A DNA stretch of 64,000 nucleotides from Eukaryota sp. GEM-RC1. Its lineage: Eukaryota. This document shows, piece after piece, positions 51,560-64,000 of the stretch. The stretch's first letter is position 1; every line of letters begins with the position of its first letter. The notes beneath the pieces were generated by a model. It searched no databases, was not told where the DNA came from, and worked only from the letters and a program-made list of their open reading frames with translations. The translations under genes and the position numbers were made by a program. The stretch lies in NCBI GenBank assembly GCA_040285855.1, contig JAUFOQ010000013.1:1-64000 (forward strand), given 5' to 3'.

Positions 51560-53030
51560 TTCATGTCAGTTATGCCAACTGTTAATGATTTTGGTTTTTC
51601 GGATGATCAGTACTTGTCACTACACAAGTTACGAGAAACTTTCCCCTCAGTTGGGTTCTGTTCATGAAAAGAGCTTTTTTAAATCCCTTGAATCCACGCT
51701 GGATTCTAGTTGCCCCTGTTCTTTCTCTTTTCGTAAAGGGAATTGTGTTTCTAATTTCAAATATGCAGTTGAAGAGTTGAAAAAGAAAATATTTCTTTCT
51801 TGAAATCTACTTCTATTTCTGCTCAGTGTTCAAAGCCTGCTGATCGAGCTTTACGTTTACTTAAGGAAGGCGCCATTTCTAAAGCTTTCCAATGTCCTCT
51901 CCGTGATCCATCTTCTGATCTTTCTTGTAATCAGGAGACTGTTGAAAAACTCTATATATATTAATTATTATTACTACTCCATGATGATCCTGATTTGTCT
52001 GCCATTGATGCTTCTTCTTTTCTTGTGGTTTTCTTTTAGTGCTGAATCGGTTGTTAACGTCATCAAGATATATCCCAAAGGATCTGCTGGTGGAGTTCTT
52101 GGATGGACTAATGCTCACCTGGGCCATGTTCTTTCTGACTCTTTAAAAGGGGTTGTTTGTTTTCTCTTCAACAATCTTATTTCCAACCAGCTTTCTTCTT
52201 CTCTTTCTTTTGCTCTTGGTGCTTTTCGGTTATTTAACGAAAAGAACTCTTAAGAAAATTCTTAAGAAAAGCAATGGTGGCGTCCGTCCCATGCTGTTTC
52301 TGATCATTTTCCCAGAATCGTTGTACGTTTTCGGGCGAAAAAACTTTTTGTTCTAAATTTTTGGTCAATATGGAGTTTTTTGTGTCAATGGTGCTGAATC
52401 AATTATCCATTTCCTTCGTTCTTTGCGCTTTACTTGTCCACGTCATCGAATTATTTGACGTTAAAAACGATTTTAACTGTCTTGACCGATCTAAAATATT
52501 TTCAGCAGTTTCTGAATTTGACTCCTCTTCTTTAAGATGCCGGTATTCTGACTTAGGAATGGATCATTCCTTTCAATGTCCAGGTATCAACCGAAAAATC
52601 ACTAAGAGACATGATGCAGTTAATTTTTTTTTGAATTCATTTACAAATTTTGTAGTTGAAAATGAAGTTTCCTTAGGATTGAAGAGCATCTAGTTGGATT
52701 TACTTGATCCAAAAACTAGGATCGCTTTGGATATTACGGTTGTTGGAGGTTTTGGTAATCCTTGGAAGGATGCTTATTCCGCAGCGTACCGCAAAAATTT
52801 CTAAATATTCAGTTTTGAAGGATATCAATTTGATTTCAGATATTATTCCTTTGGTTTTTAATATTCATGGGGGTTTCTATTCTAAAACTATTGAATATTT
52901 TAAACAATTTGGTAGGTTAGATTTAGGACCTTCAATTAGTTGTATTAATTTGAAGGATAGTTTGAGATGTCATAATGCTCTGAATCTTATTTTGGGAAAG
53001 ATAGATCAGAGTAGACGTTTCTGGTAGTAG
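51560..53030 (+). mobile_element. Internally deleted CRE-like RLE non-LTR retrotransposon
   Basis: DRALRLLKEGAISKAFQ, YPKGSAGGVLGWT, KKSNGGVRP, QYGVFCVNGAESIIH, DVKNDFNCLDRS, then HSFQC...KRHDAV and DITVVG (RLE). Confidence 0.8.
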
Positions 53031-54929
53031 TGATATTATAGGTTATTTCGATGGCGGTTATCAATGAAGAGAACTTTAGAGTTACAAATACACAACACTA
53101 TATATTTAGATATCCAATACACTATCGTATCATAAGATGGGAATACTCCTTTAAAGATTGAAGTTTACTATGTACAAAAGGTTTCTGTTGATATGAAGAG
53201 AGGCTATCTGATAAATAACAACTGACAATTGACTGTATCAACATCTCAAATAGACTTTCCAAGAAGTTCGAGAGTCCTAATTAAACTCCTTGTAATACTG
53301 TTTTTGTGAAGGTATCTACCGCTAGTGGTACTAGTACATGATATCACTTATATCTAAATCTATATGTAAGAAGTAATAGTTTAATAAGGACAATATGAAC
53401 AACAACATCAACATGAGAAATAGACCTTCCACGCTGTTGACGAAACTAGCTAAGCTATAACTTTAACAAACCCATCAAAATTAACTAGCATTAACAGTGT
53501 GAGCAGACTGTCCTCCTTGATGAAGTTCAACGGAAAAAATTCACTTTTCTACCGGCATTAATTCTTCTCACATGTCCACAAGAGGGTATGCTTGTACTTA
53601 CAATTATCTTACGATTGGTACTTCCCTAAGGACAGGAAAGCCATTCCTTGGTTTAAGTAAGTATTTAGTTTTGTTATATTCTAATTCTTTTTAATCTTTG
53701 AATAAATTATGTTAATTATCAGCTCACTTCTTTTGAATTTTAAAGCGTTTCAGATTTGTAAACTTGTGCTACAGCACACAGTGCTTTTCAGTTCTTGTGC
53801 ATAATTCCTGAATTTCTACATGATCCGCATTCCCAGACAGCTTTATTCTTCATTATACACTTCTAAGTTCATTGAGACCTTTATTGTAGTTCGCTTTCTG
53901 TAAAGAGCTAGATTACGAACAAAATAAAACCAATTTGATGGAAGTCCTTCTCCTTGAGATTTTCTACGATTGTGACTTGGAAGACACACAACTCACAAAC
54001 TAGACGAATACCAATGTTGAAAGAGCTACTATTGATGATTCCTAGTTTCCAAAGTTGTTTTGATCTTTACAATGACATAATCTTTGAGCTGCTCTGTGAG
54101 TTGATTTAAATCTCCCAGGACTTCGTGAAGAGAGTGCATTGCACCAAAAAGGATATGAAAACTACTTGAGAGACTTCAGGAGCACATACAGTAAGTGTTA
54201 TATCATGTCGAAGGAGTAAGGCATGTCAAAAGGAACAGGAGATGTAAAATGTTTAGTTCATTAGATGAGGGCGGGTGGTTGTGATCATCACAGTGTATCT
54301 CCAAAGTAAATTGAGGAAGATCCAGAGTTGTCTCTGTAGATCCACGGGAGCAAAAGAAATAAGAAGATCGTACATTAGTGTTTCTCTTGGATAAACTGTA
54401 AATTAAGTAATAATAGACAAACTTAAACTTAACTTTAGTGAAACTCAAGAACAATGTCTATCATGGTGAACAAAAGAATTTTCCCTGCACAATCCTTGCC
54501 TCTCTTCATTGTATAATGGCAACGAATGTATGAATCTCCTATAACCTAATGCCAGTTATCGACAGTCCTTTCGCCATTTCTCGTCGAATTCCAACTTTTG
54601 GAATTCCAACTTGAGTCCATAGTCCAGCTGTCCGCCGAAATTGATGTCGATGCCATTTTAGTTGAGTTCAATTCTGAGGCAGCAAGTGCATTCTCTCTCC
54701 TAGCTACACGCGCTGTAAATCTGATTGTAACTCAGATCGGGACTCAATATTTGAAGAAAATTGCACTCCTCATTCGATTAACTAAGAAATTCGCTGTAAA
54801 AGCTCCCAAATCCGCAGAAAATCCGATTAATGAAGATCAGATTGGCAGAACTCAGATCTCCAATGAAAATTTAAAGAAATTTACATCCCTCCTTTAATTG
54901 GTCTTAGTCTTAACTTAACTAAAACCCAA

Positions 54930-55490
54930 GTTCTAGGTGTCAAGGACAATTTTGTCGCTTTGGGATCTCCTGTTGGTGATCCTTCTTTCGAAAAACGCTG
55001 GTTGCTCGATCTTTTGTTCTGATCTTTTCCACTCTTTAAATCTCTTGCTGGTCTGCCTCTTCAAGCAAAGTTGCTCTTGTTGAGGTACTGAATTCACTCT
55101 AAATTGATGTATTGGGCACGAACTGTTGCTCCCAGTGCATCTAGATATTCCTTAAGTTTTTTTAGTTCTGAATTTCAGTCTTTCCTTTGTTCTATTATGG
55201 ATTCCAAACTTGCTTTTCCAGAATTAAATTCTTTCCCAATTTCTCTTGGTGGTCTTGGTCTTTCGGATCTTTCTCTCTTTTTTAAAACCCTTATATTCTG
55301 ATACAGTCACTGCTTTACCTAAAGGAGCTCAAAGAAAATTGACTTAGTCCTTCTTTTCTTCTCGACGGGAATTGTTTGTTAAGAAACTTCCCTCTCATTT
55401 ACTTTCTGTCCATGAAGCTTGCCAGCTCCCTGTTTCTAGTCGTTTTTTTCGATTGTTCCGGTTTCTACTCCTCTTACTTAAAGATTCTTA
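54930..55490 (+). pseudogene. Non-LTR RT thumb-region fragment (CRE-like)
   Basis: FVALGSPVGDPSF, YWARTVAP, PISLGGLGLSD, LPKGAQRKLT (the last shared with the 58.8-60.3 kb element). Confidence 0.7.
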
Positions 55491-55519
55491 CAGTTGATTC
55501 TGGACATCCGTCTAACTGT

Positions 55520-55717
55520 AATGACGTGATCCATGACGTGATCCAAAACTACTCATGTAAAAGGCCCTGGCTCAAAACTTGCTGGACAAAGACTTCGACC
55601 TTATACTCAGAGCAGGGTCAGATAAGTTATTAATAAATTGGGACTGCGACTTCAAGAAAAAAGAAATTCTGGGTAGCAAAAATTACTTTTTCTACTGAAT
55701 AGAATCACTAAATGACA
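55520..55717 (+). repeat. Partial second copy of the His-Cys-box gene region plus 57-bp repeat copy 2
   Basis: TTHVKGPGSKLAGQRLRPYTQ aligns with TAFVDGPCWLLSGERLRPYPQ (shared aaagacttcgaccttat); 57-bp motif at 55661-55717. Confidence 0.65.
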
Positions 55718-56344
55718 AATCTTTCACAAAAGATGTTAAAGAAAAAACAAACACTATACAAAATTATTATAGAAATTGAAACATATCGTACAGTAAAAAT
55801 TCATTTTTTAAGTAGAAAGTATACATTAAATAAGTAACGATTTACGAAATTTTCAAAGTGGTCCAAATTGCTGAAAATTTCAAATTGTGCAGCTTTGGAC
55901 AACCATTGTTTTTAAAAAATCAGCAACATTCATTATTTTAAATAGCTCGTATAAATCTACAAAATGGCTAGGTTTGACATACTTATTAAAAATACCTAAA
56001 CAATGACAGATAATTGAAATTATACTAGTAAACTTCAATTTTATATTACTTTCAATATATTTAATTCTTTGAACCCAATAACTCGGCAGATAGAAAAATC
56101 AGAAATTAAAAAATGAGTAATAACTAAAGAATAGCAGTAATCAGTTACTTTTAAAACTAGAGATAAGATTGACGCGAATCCAATAAAGAAGGTAAAAGAG
56201 ATCAAGATGCATTAATGGCGTGACATCCGCGTGTTATTACTTGAAAGTACAGGAAGCACCATCACGTGATCATCAGATCAATACAAAAGAGTCAGATTTG
56301 AAAGAAGAAGAAGAAGGAGAGGAATTAAGGAGGAAGAAAGAAGC

Positions 56345-57115
56345 TTTGGTATATTGATTGACTTTTGTATAAGTCAACTTCTGATGTCTTGGTACGTTGG
56401 AGTAAGTTGTCAAAAGATGAAAATTCTATTTAGACCGAACTGTTTGCTGATATACAGATAAGTGCACTTTTGTTTTATTACTGCAAGTGGTTCTTGTGTA
56501 ATAGCTTCCTTGATTTGGGAATCAAACCGTGACTAGTCATTGATACAGGGATTTGTTTTCTTTTCAGACAAAGCACAAGTGATTGGTCTAGGAGAAGAGT
56601 CTGAGTCTTGAAGAGAGAGAGAACTCGGCTTTCAGAAGGAATTGGTAGAACTATACGTTTTGGAGAAGATGGAGATGTGTAGTAGAGTTGACCATTTTCA
56701 CGGTTGAAATAACCGTCAACAGGAAAAAACACCCTTTCAATGGTGTCTTTGTAAGCAGGATTTACATCTTGCAAAAACTGATGAAGGGTGACGGTGTCAC
56801 AATAACTTTGAACACTGACTGATGAGGTCGGAAATTCAGAAACTCACTTCAACATCTTTGCTTCAATTATATGAGTACTGTTTCTACACAAGCTTAGACA
56901 GCTTAATACAACACCTTCAAGGAGCCAGCCCATGTTGAATTTTCCTGTACTTGTTCTTGTTTGAAGATGACCTGGGTCAAAGCAACAATTCTTCTTCTGA
57001 ATCACATTCCGAGTGAAGATGATGCCGACTGGAGTCACGCGCCTCAAGTTTCCAAATTTCGAGCAGAGGAACTAAAGCCCAAACGGATAAGCCCTCTTTT
57101 GAATCCAGAACCATA
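56345..57115 (-). pseudogene. Decayed ORF of unknown function, possible His-Me finger motif
   Basis: SRHHLHSECDS then, after a frameshift, NCCFDPGHL; further ORF fragments 56478-56774. Confidence 0.3.
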
Positions 57116-58801
57116 ATTCTCGGGTTCTACCGATCTCCAATGTCTCGTCATCCACAACCATTAGTAGCTCATCCAGATCTACTAGCTCAAACACTCAATC
57201 CCAACTCTCCCCAATCTGATCTCAGATGCATGCATAGCCATTCTCTTTCTCATCTCTGATCACTTTATTGTTCTCGAAAAGAAGAAATACAGCAAGTCAT
57301 TTCCTTCTAATAAATCTATCTCTTTACTTCATGATACTCCGACTTATACTTAGTTATACATAGTCAGAGATAAAGACTTTACATTGACTGCAATCTCACT
57401 TTACGGTGTATAATGCCACAACCACAAAGTTCCATTCCGTTATGGACATGGAAGTTATGGGGGTCATGGAGGAAGTCCAACTGTGTTTTTTTAGAAAAGT
57501 AGCAATAAACTACATCTAACATAAAGTCTACATATAAGTGATTACATTGGTATTGAGGGCTTTCCAGTACACCTTTAATTGATTGAAACTTTTATCGATA
57601 TCAGGATGGACGAACACATTAAATGTCTTGAAATGCTATACATGTAGGTGTAATGTATTTTCTTGAAACAAGCTCCCGTACTGAAAAGGAGAGATGATAA
57701 AAGTATGAAAGGAAAACACCAATGATAACCATGACCCTTTGAGTTTTTGTAAAAGAACGTCAGTGTTACTACGTCAGTGTTTAAATTAGGGAGAGGTTAG
57801 TACACCAACTCCCAAATGACGCTTTGTAGAACATCCGTTGGAGAAACAAGAACTGTAGAGCTACGTACAATACGAAATGAGGAGTATCTATAGCTAAATC
57901 GCGCATTGAAGCGTTGGTATTAAGCTCTTTGATGAAGTGTTTCCGTCATGTAAGATGAGGTTCCACTGATTGTCTTGAAGATTATATTGGTACTTTCTTG
58001 TCAGAAACGGATGTAAGGTGGGTTGGTAGAAGACAAAGACAAAGTTGCTTCCCACACTTCTTGCCCGCCTAGGACTTACTCACCTAAGAATCCGTCGAGT
58101 TCTTATCGACTAGTCCGAAGACCCCCATCTGTTTATCTTTCATTCACATCAACTCTCTTCCGATTCATGTCTCCCATTGTCTCTCTCCTTCTGATGTGAT
58201 ACCTGAACACAGTGGTATGGTGCTCCGTTCCTCTGTCTATTGTTGCTTGTTCTGCAGCCTGTTTCATCTCATTCTTTTTTTCGAAGAATGAGATGAGACC
58301 CGATGCCAGATTAAAAACCTTTGTTTCTGATGTAAACCACTTCTTCTTTCTTTACTATCTCTCTTCTCACGGTCACGTGAGCATTTTATCATGTATTAGC
58401 AGTTCATGAAACTGTTGTTCTAAAGTTCATTAATGGTTTTGACTTCTTTTGTCTAATCTTTCTCACTTCCTTTTCACTTCCTTTTCACTTCACTGATCAA
58501 CGTTTGAATCATTGACTTTATCAAGTTCAGTCTTTCTCAAATTTTTATAAATTCAATTGAATCTGGTCTTTCTGATTGCAAAAAAGTTGAATAACTCGAC
58601 TCAAAATTCGTTTTGTTTCTAGTTTACTAATTCAGTTTCATGGTCTTTCTAGGTCCTAATTTTTACTTAAAAAAAGACTTAATTGTCAGTGTATGTGTAC
58701 TTCTTTTACTATTAAGTACTACTTTTGTAGTACTAAAACTAAGGTGATGGAACTTTTCAAAAAAAAGTTCAATTCCAGATTTTTGAATTCTTTTATTCAT
58801 C

Positions 58802-60270
58802 TCAGTTGTTATTTAAAGAACTCACATTAACTAGAGTTGAAAGCGAAGAATTTTGCCATCGGTAGTACTTTGTTCTTTTCAAGATGATGAAAGCAAGTTT
58901 TATCATTGATATGTGAAAAACAGAAACTTGAGAATTAATATAAAAAACTAAGCAAGAAAACACCATTTCTCTTAAAATCGGTTCAGAAAGGGTTTGAAAA
59001 TGAATCAAACACCAAAGAAATGTGTTCAGCAATGAGATTCTTGATCTAAAAGTACGATGACGAGAACAGTTGTTACAATTTGAGCTGGGGCCAGCATCAA
59101 CTGAATTTTTTAACTGAAAAGAAACAATATCCTGATTAAAAAGAAGATGGTGACAGCAAATCCACCTGAGAGAAGAATCTTGAAGAGTAAGGTCAGTAAG
59201 ACAAGAAGCATTAAGGGAAAGAAAGCGACTAGACAAAGGTAACTGGCAAGCATTATGAACAGAAAGAAGATTAGAAGGCAAAGAAGACGTAAAAGTTTCA
59301 GCACGATCGGAAAAGAAAATCCTAGTCAATTTTTTCTGAGCACCCTTTGGTAACACATTAGCTGAGTGTCATCAAGGTATACCACACAAGAAACACCAGA
59401 AAGAGAATTTAACCAAGAAAGAATAGGCAAAGTGGTCAAAGAATAAAGAAAGGGACCAAGAGGATCTCCTTGGGAAGAAGAAAGACAATGATTATCAAAG
59501 AACAAATCAGAAGGAGTACTATAACTCCAAAAGAAAAGAAGTAGATCAGGAAATTGTTTGACAGCCTTTAACATCTGAATACGGTCAACAGAGTTGAATG
59601 CATTCCTGATGTCAACTGAAATAATTGGAGAAATTTTAATTTTTCTAGGATGGGAGAAACGCAAAGAACGGAGATAATGGACAATAGCTTCGGATCCATT
59701 TGGGCAAGAAACACCAAACTGGCCAGATTTGTGAAAAACATCAGAGTTAAGCTTCTTAACCAAAAACTTTATTTCAAAACAATCCGAGGAAACAGTTCAG
59801 ATACAGCAATAGGTCTTACTCCACCATTGGGTTTTGAAAGAGCAAGAAGTTTAGAAGAAGTCAAAACAGAAAACAAAACAGAAGAACAAGAAGGGTTTAA
59901 AAAGCTGTTAAACAAAAAAAACATTTTTTTTTAAATCAGCAGACAACATGGCAGGAAAACGGGACAAAGTCCAGCCAATAGGACCACCAGCAGAACCTTT
60001 GCGGTAAGTGCGAATGGCAGATGCTACTGATTCAGCCGAAAAACTAAGCAAACAAGAAGCAGGTTCAATCAAATTGGTCAGATCTGGACCAGATGGATGA
60101 AGATTAACCAACTTTTGAAAAGTGTCAGACAAAAGGAAAGCTGAGAAGAGGGGTCTCTCAGCAGCACATCAAAATGATGACGTGTTAAAAAGCTTTGGAA
60201 ATGGCACCATCACGAAGCAAGTTCATTGAACGAGTAGAAGAGCAAGACTTAGAAGAAGAAGAGACTTGAG
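58802..60270 (-). mobile_element. Decayed CRE-like RLE non-LTR retrotransposon
   Basis: YRKGSAGGPIGWT, KPNGGVRPIAVSE, QFGVSCPNGSEAIVH, ISVDIRNAFNSVDR, QGDPLGP, YLDD, LPKGAQKKLT. Confidence 0.85.
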
Positions 60271-60296
60271 GGGTTAAGATCCAGACCTAGATCAGC

Positions 60297-61641
60297 TTAT
60301 TTCTGTGATAACTGATTCAAACAATCAACAGAATCAATGACAATGTAAGTGTCATCAAGGTAAGCTACATAAGAAACAACGAACGAGTTGAAAACTTCAA
60401 TTTCTTTAAAATTTTAAGGGTCTTCAGATCAATATTAGAAATTTAATTATTTACCATAATTAGAAAAAATTAATGGGAAAACTTCAGTTATTTGCCCCTC
60501 ATTAACCAAAACTTGATAATTTTTAATTTTCCTCAATAACTGAGACTTAAACGCATGCTCAAGTGAATGATTATTCCCACCAACAACAGTTGTACCATAA
60601 AAACAACCTGTTGAAGGTAAAAAGAAATCAGCATACTTCTTTTTATTATCATTGGTTATAAAAACCTTTTCTATATTCATGTTCTCAACCGACAAAATCG
60701 AAGCAGTAAATAGCTTGAGTTCGTCATTTTTCTCTTTTACGATTTGAGAATGACTTCCACAAGACAACTGATGTGCCGTTGATAAATTTTTGATATTACA
60801 TAAATCACAAACAGACATCTTGGAAAAATTCAATATTCTCCAGTTGAGAAACAATTTGAATTCAACATCATTAAAAACAGTGTCTCCGAGTAGTAACTTA
60901 ACTATCAATTAAAATGAACCAGAAAACGGTAATATTTGATATTCAAGTTCAATGAGTTGATTTTCAGATAAACCATCTTTTAAATCAGAAAAATTTCTAT
61001 TCCAATGAATGTTGGAAATTAAAAATTGTAAATTATAAGGTATATCAAACTCAATTACATAATCATCGGCCAAATAATCATAAAATTCAGTCATGCATAA
61101 CACTAATGCATCGATATCCTTCTGCACAAGTAAAGTTTGTAAACGTTCCCCTAAGAGCATCGTATTTCTGTGATTACTGATTCAATAGGTCAACAGAATC
61201 AACATCAGGATCAATGACAATGTAAGTGTCATTAAGGTAAGCTACACAAGAACACAATAAACAGAAAAAATCAACTTAACTAGGTCAGAAATGAAACCAG
61301 GTCTATTAAAATTTCCATACATGTTCCACTTACGTGATTCAGCATAAGCCACCTCATAGTCAGGAAGATGGCCATTCCCCCCAACAACTGAAACACTCAA
61401 GCCAAGTTTAGACTTGTGATCAAACAAGTCGATGACACCAAGAGCAACACCAAGCTCCAACGTAAACAACATGAAAAGAAGTGTGTTCAGCAATGATGTT
61501 TTTGATCTCGTCGTGTCTGGATGGCCAAAATGGCCACAACCAAGCATTATATACAGATAACAAAATAGCAAGTAAATAAGACGAACGAATTTCAGATGAA
61601 TCTGAAAAGAACATCCTAGCTAACCTTTTTTTTGAGTTCAT
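60297..61641 (-). mobile_element. Scrambled RLE non-LTR fragments (two RLE C-termini, two YLDD-region stubs)
   Basis: CDLC..HQLSC..KND..ADF..TVVGG..RKIKNY..PLIFSNYG (60447-60908); similar C-terminus at 61242-61641; related ~80-bp stubs encoding VAYL(D/N)DTYIVID at ~60297-60375 and ~61163-61255. Confidence 0.7.
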
Positions 61642-62335
61642 AAAAATGGATAAAGTCGTTCGCCATAGTAAATCACAAATAATCTTGAAATATTTATCTT
61701 CTCACAACCATAGTCCTTGAGTTAAAAAAGGGTTTTCAAAAAATGAGAGTAAATATAGTACATACAATCTGACACAATACTATTTTATTACAGTATGTAA
61801 ATTTCGCCACTACTGGTGTTACATTTATATACGAAAAAAAAGAACTAGAACCAACTAATTGTTGACAGAGCAGTTAGTTCCTTAAATGGCTAAATTGTAG
61901 TTTTATATAGTAAATCATTTCGGCTCAATGTCTACTTGTATCGACTGAGTAACTGTGGTCTTCATAATGACAATTTTTCTTTTCATCAATTTAGTTTCTG
62001 CAGAATAAGTAATAAGTAATGACTCATAGGTTGATATTATTGATATACAACGAAAAAGTATCAGTAATGAAGTGATAGAACTTCTATATTCTAAATATTT
62101 AATTACAGTGGTTGATCTTCAATGTAATCATTTTGATTCTCAAAAAAAATACATTAGAAAATTCCCAGTATCAGTGGATATTTTTGGAATTGGTTCTTGA
62201 TTTCTGAAACAATTATCAAGGCAAAACAAACACAACTAGATCTAGTTTCTGTTTACTGATGAAGCTGTATTAAACTATTGGAGATGACTACATTTTGTTC
62301 ATAGGTTTTCACCAATTTCTGTTAGTTGTTTAGAT

Positions 62336-63027
62336 CAGGGGTGAGAAAAAATATATTTATATTGTATATATTGCAATAAATATCTATCTATTTATTTATT
62401 GTTTTGTGAGTTACCGACAATATATTTTTTGTTGGTCGATATATATTAATAACTTCTGCAAATGCATTTATTTCACTGACTGATCATAAACCCCGTTTTA
62501 TATTTTTTTTGTTGGTCGAAACAATAAACAATATTATTGCAATATATTGCAATATATTAAAATATATTGGTGTCCTATTTTGTCTGTTTTTACAGTAATA
62601 CATTGTGCCATATTTGAAGAAATGCAGTGTAAAGTGATCGATTGGAGGTTGCTGAGCACGATACAATTCTATCTGAGTCTTCTTTATGTCTGAAACATAA
62701 GGAAATTGTTACCCACTACTTTTCAAATCTGTACTTGACACGATTTGTCCTGCTTAATACGACGGAAACCCAAGCTGTTCTGTTGTTGTGCAATTGGAGT
62801 TACTCCAAAAGAGTATCTTCAATCAGAGTCTTATTCACTACACAATCTATTGAGCTCCTTTAGGACGATGACGAGTCTGAGGAACATTTGATATATCATA
62901 AAAAATGTTAGAGCTGTTCTTGTCTGATCATTGACACATAGAAACTAAATGAAATTAACCAATATTTATTGACAATAAATAAATATATTTATTGCTTTCG
63001 CCAACAATAACAATATATATATTTCTC
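62336..63027. mobile_element. Possible degenerate hAT-like MITE
   Basis: Left end caggggtgagaaaaaatatatttatattg; imperfect inverted counterpart caatatatatatttctc at ~63011-63027; repeated ttttgttggtcga inside. Right tip and second TSD not found. Confidence 0.4.
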
Positions 63028-63646
63028 TAGTGACTCCGTATACAATACTTCCCTCCACGTTTTTCGAATGTTTGAATACGTTGAAAACACTTGCCCCCAA
63101 TAGGGATTTTTCAACTATTTATGGAGTATTACGAATGTTATAATCGATGATATCGTTTATACAGTTCATTCTTGAACGTCACAGCTGGTCGATCTCTTTT
63201 GATCACCTTTATATGTCATTTTATTTTCCTCTTTTACTTTTGAACCACGGCTACTTTTCTACATCTTATGAGTTTCTTCAGTACTGCGCATTTTCTCCGT
63301 CGCGCTAATAGTACAGGATTCTCTTAGATATGTGGACTTTTCATCGCACTACATTTGTTCATGCGGGTGGTTCCTGCACGTAGGCATTTTGCATAGAATT
63401 TTCCATAACTGCTGTAGTCTTTTCTCTTTATCTTTTTCTTTAAGGCATACCGTTTATTACTCCCATCACATTCATATCCAATTTTTACTCCGGGGTTTCT
63501 TCAGTGATTATTCATTGTTGTTGTTATTATTAGCAGGTTTTTCATCGCTTAGCGTTCCTGTGCCCCCAAAAAATATTTATTTTTTGTAGAAAAGTGAATG
63601 TATGTATCTAAAATGATTGAAATTTATAATTGCATTACTTCTTCAA

Positions 63647-64000
63647 ATGATTAAACTTATTTGTGTCTCTAACGAACTTGAAGCTTTTATAATACCAAGA
63701 ACGAACCATGATGACTTTTCATTCACATGCGAATATGATCATATGAAAGAATTGGAAAGCAATATCATTTGCAGTACTTCTAATTTTAGAAAAGACTCAC
63801 TAATCGAAATTTTCAACTACGAAAGGACAATTGATTCTTATCTTTATGTTCTAAGAAAATCTGAATCATCATTGTTTTCGAAATTTTTTGGAATAAACAT
63901 TGTCTCCTTCAAAGATGTATCTGACAATTTAGTAAATCCTAATGTTATAAACTTCCATGTCATGGATTTGATTCGTAGTATACACCTGATATACGAATCT
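63647..64000 (+). CDS. Open frame running off the window, unknown product
   Basis: ATG at 63647, 118 codons with no stop (MIKLICVSNELEAFIIPRTNHDD...); no recognisable motif. Confidence 0.3.
   Translation, partial: MIKLICVSNELEAFIIPRTNHDDFSFTCEYDHMKELESNIICSTSNFRKDSLIEIFNYERTIDSYLYVLRKSESSLFSKFFGINIVSFKDVSDNLVNPNVINFHVMDLIRSIHLIYES

Noticed and set aside
53750..54454. MULE/FAR1-like remnant on the minus strand (CDDHNHPP, WECGSC)
   Set aside because: Only two short motifs among many stops; insufficient to call.

Overview
Eukaryotic DNA from an AT-rich, divergent lineage that I cannot identify from sequence alone. Positions 1-39314 are the end of a tandem rDNA array transcribed on the minus strand (18S, ~120-bp ITS1, 5.8S, ~165-bp ITS2, 28S), with a 5S gene in every intergenic spacer on the same strand. 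Unit 1 (28S 5911-9192) looks intact. Units 2 and 3 have identically damaged 28S genes: an 888-bp deletion at a CCGG microhomology, plus a 75-bp insert with a 13-bp target-site duplication in the peptidyl-transferase helix 93 region. Insert plus duplication also reads as an exact 88-nt GT...CAG intron. A fourth unit breaks off ~200 bp into the 28S 3' end at 39314. About 300 bp later lies a decayed gene with a SAP-like helix and an I-PpoI-type His-Cys box nuclease motif; a partial relative with the same downstream 57-bp motif is at ~55.5 kb. The rest of 39.3-64 kb is mostly decayed transposons: a DD34E IS630/Tc1 transposase with a convergent intact ORF, a hAT-type MITE with 8-bp TSD, a MULE remnant and many CRE-like RLE non-LTR retrotransposon fragments. 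Homopolymer indels between repeats suggest a long-read assembly with residual errors. Protein family calls come from motif recognition by eye, not database searches; rRNA ends are approximate.
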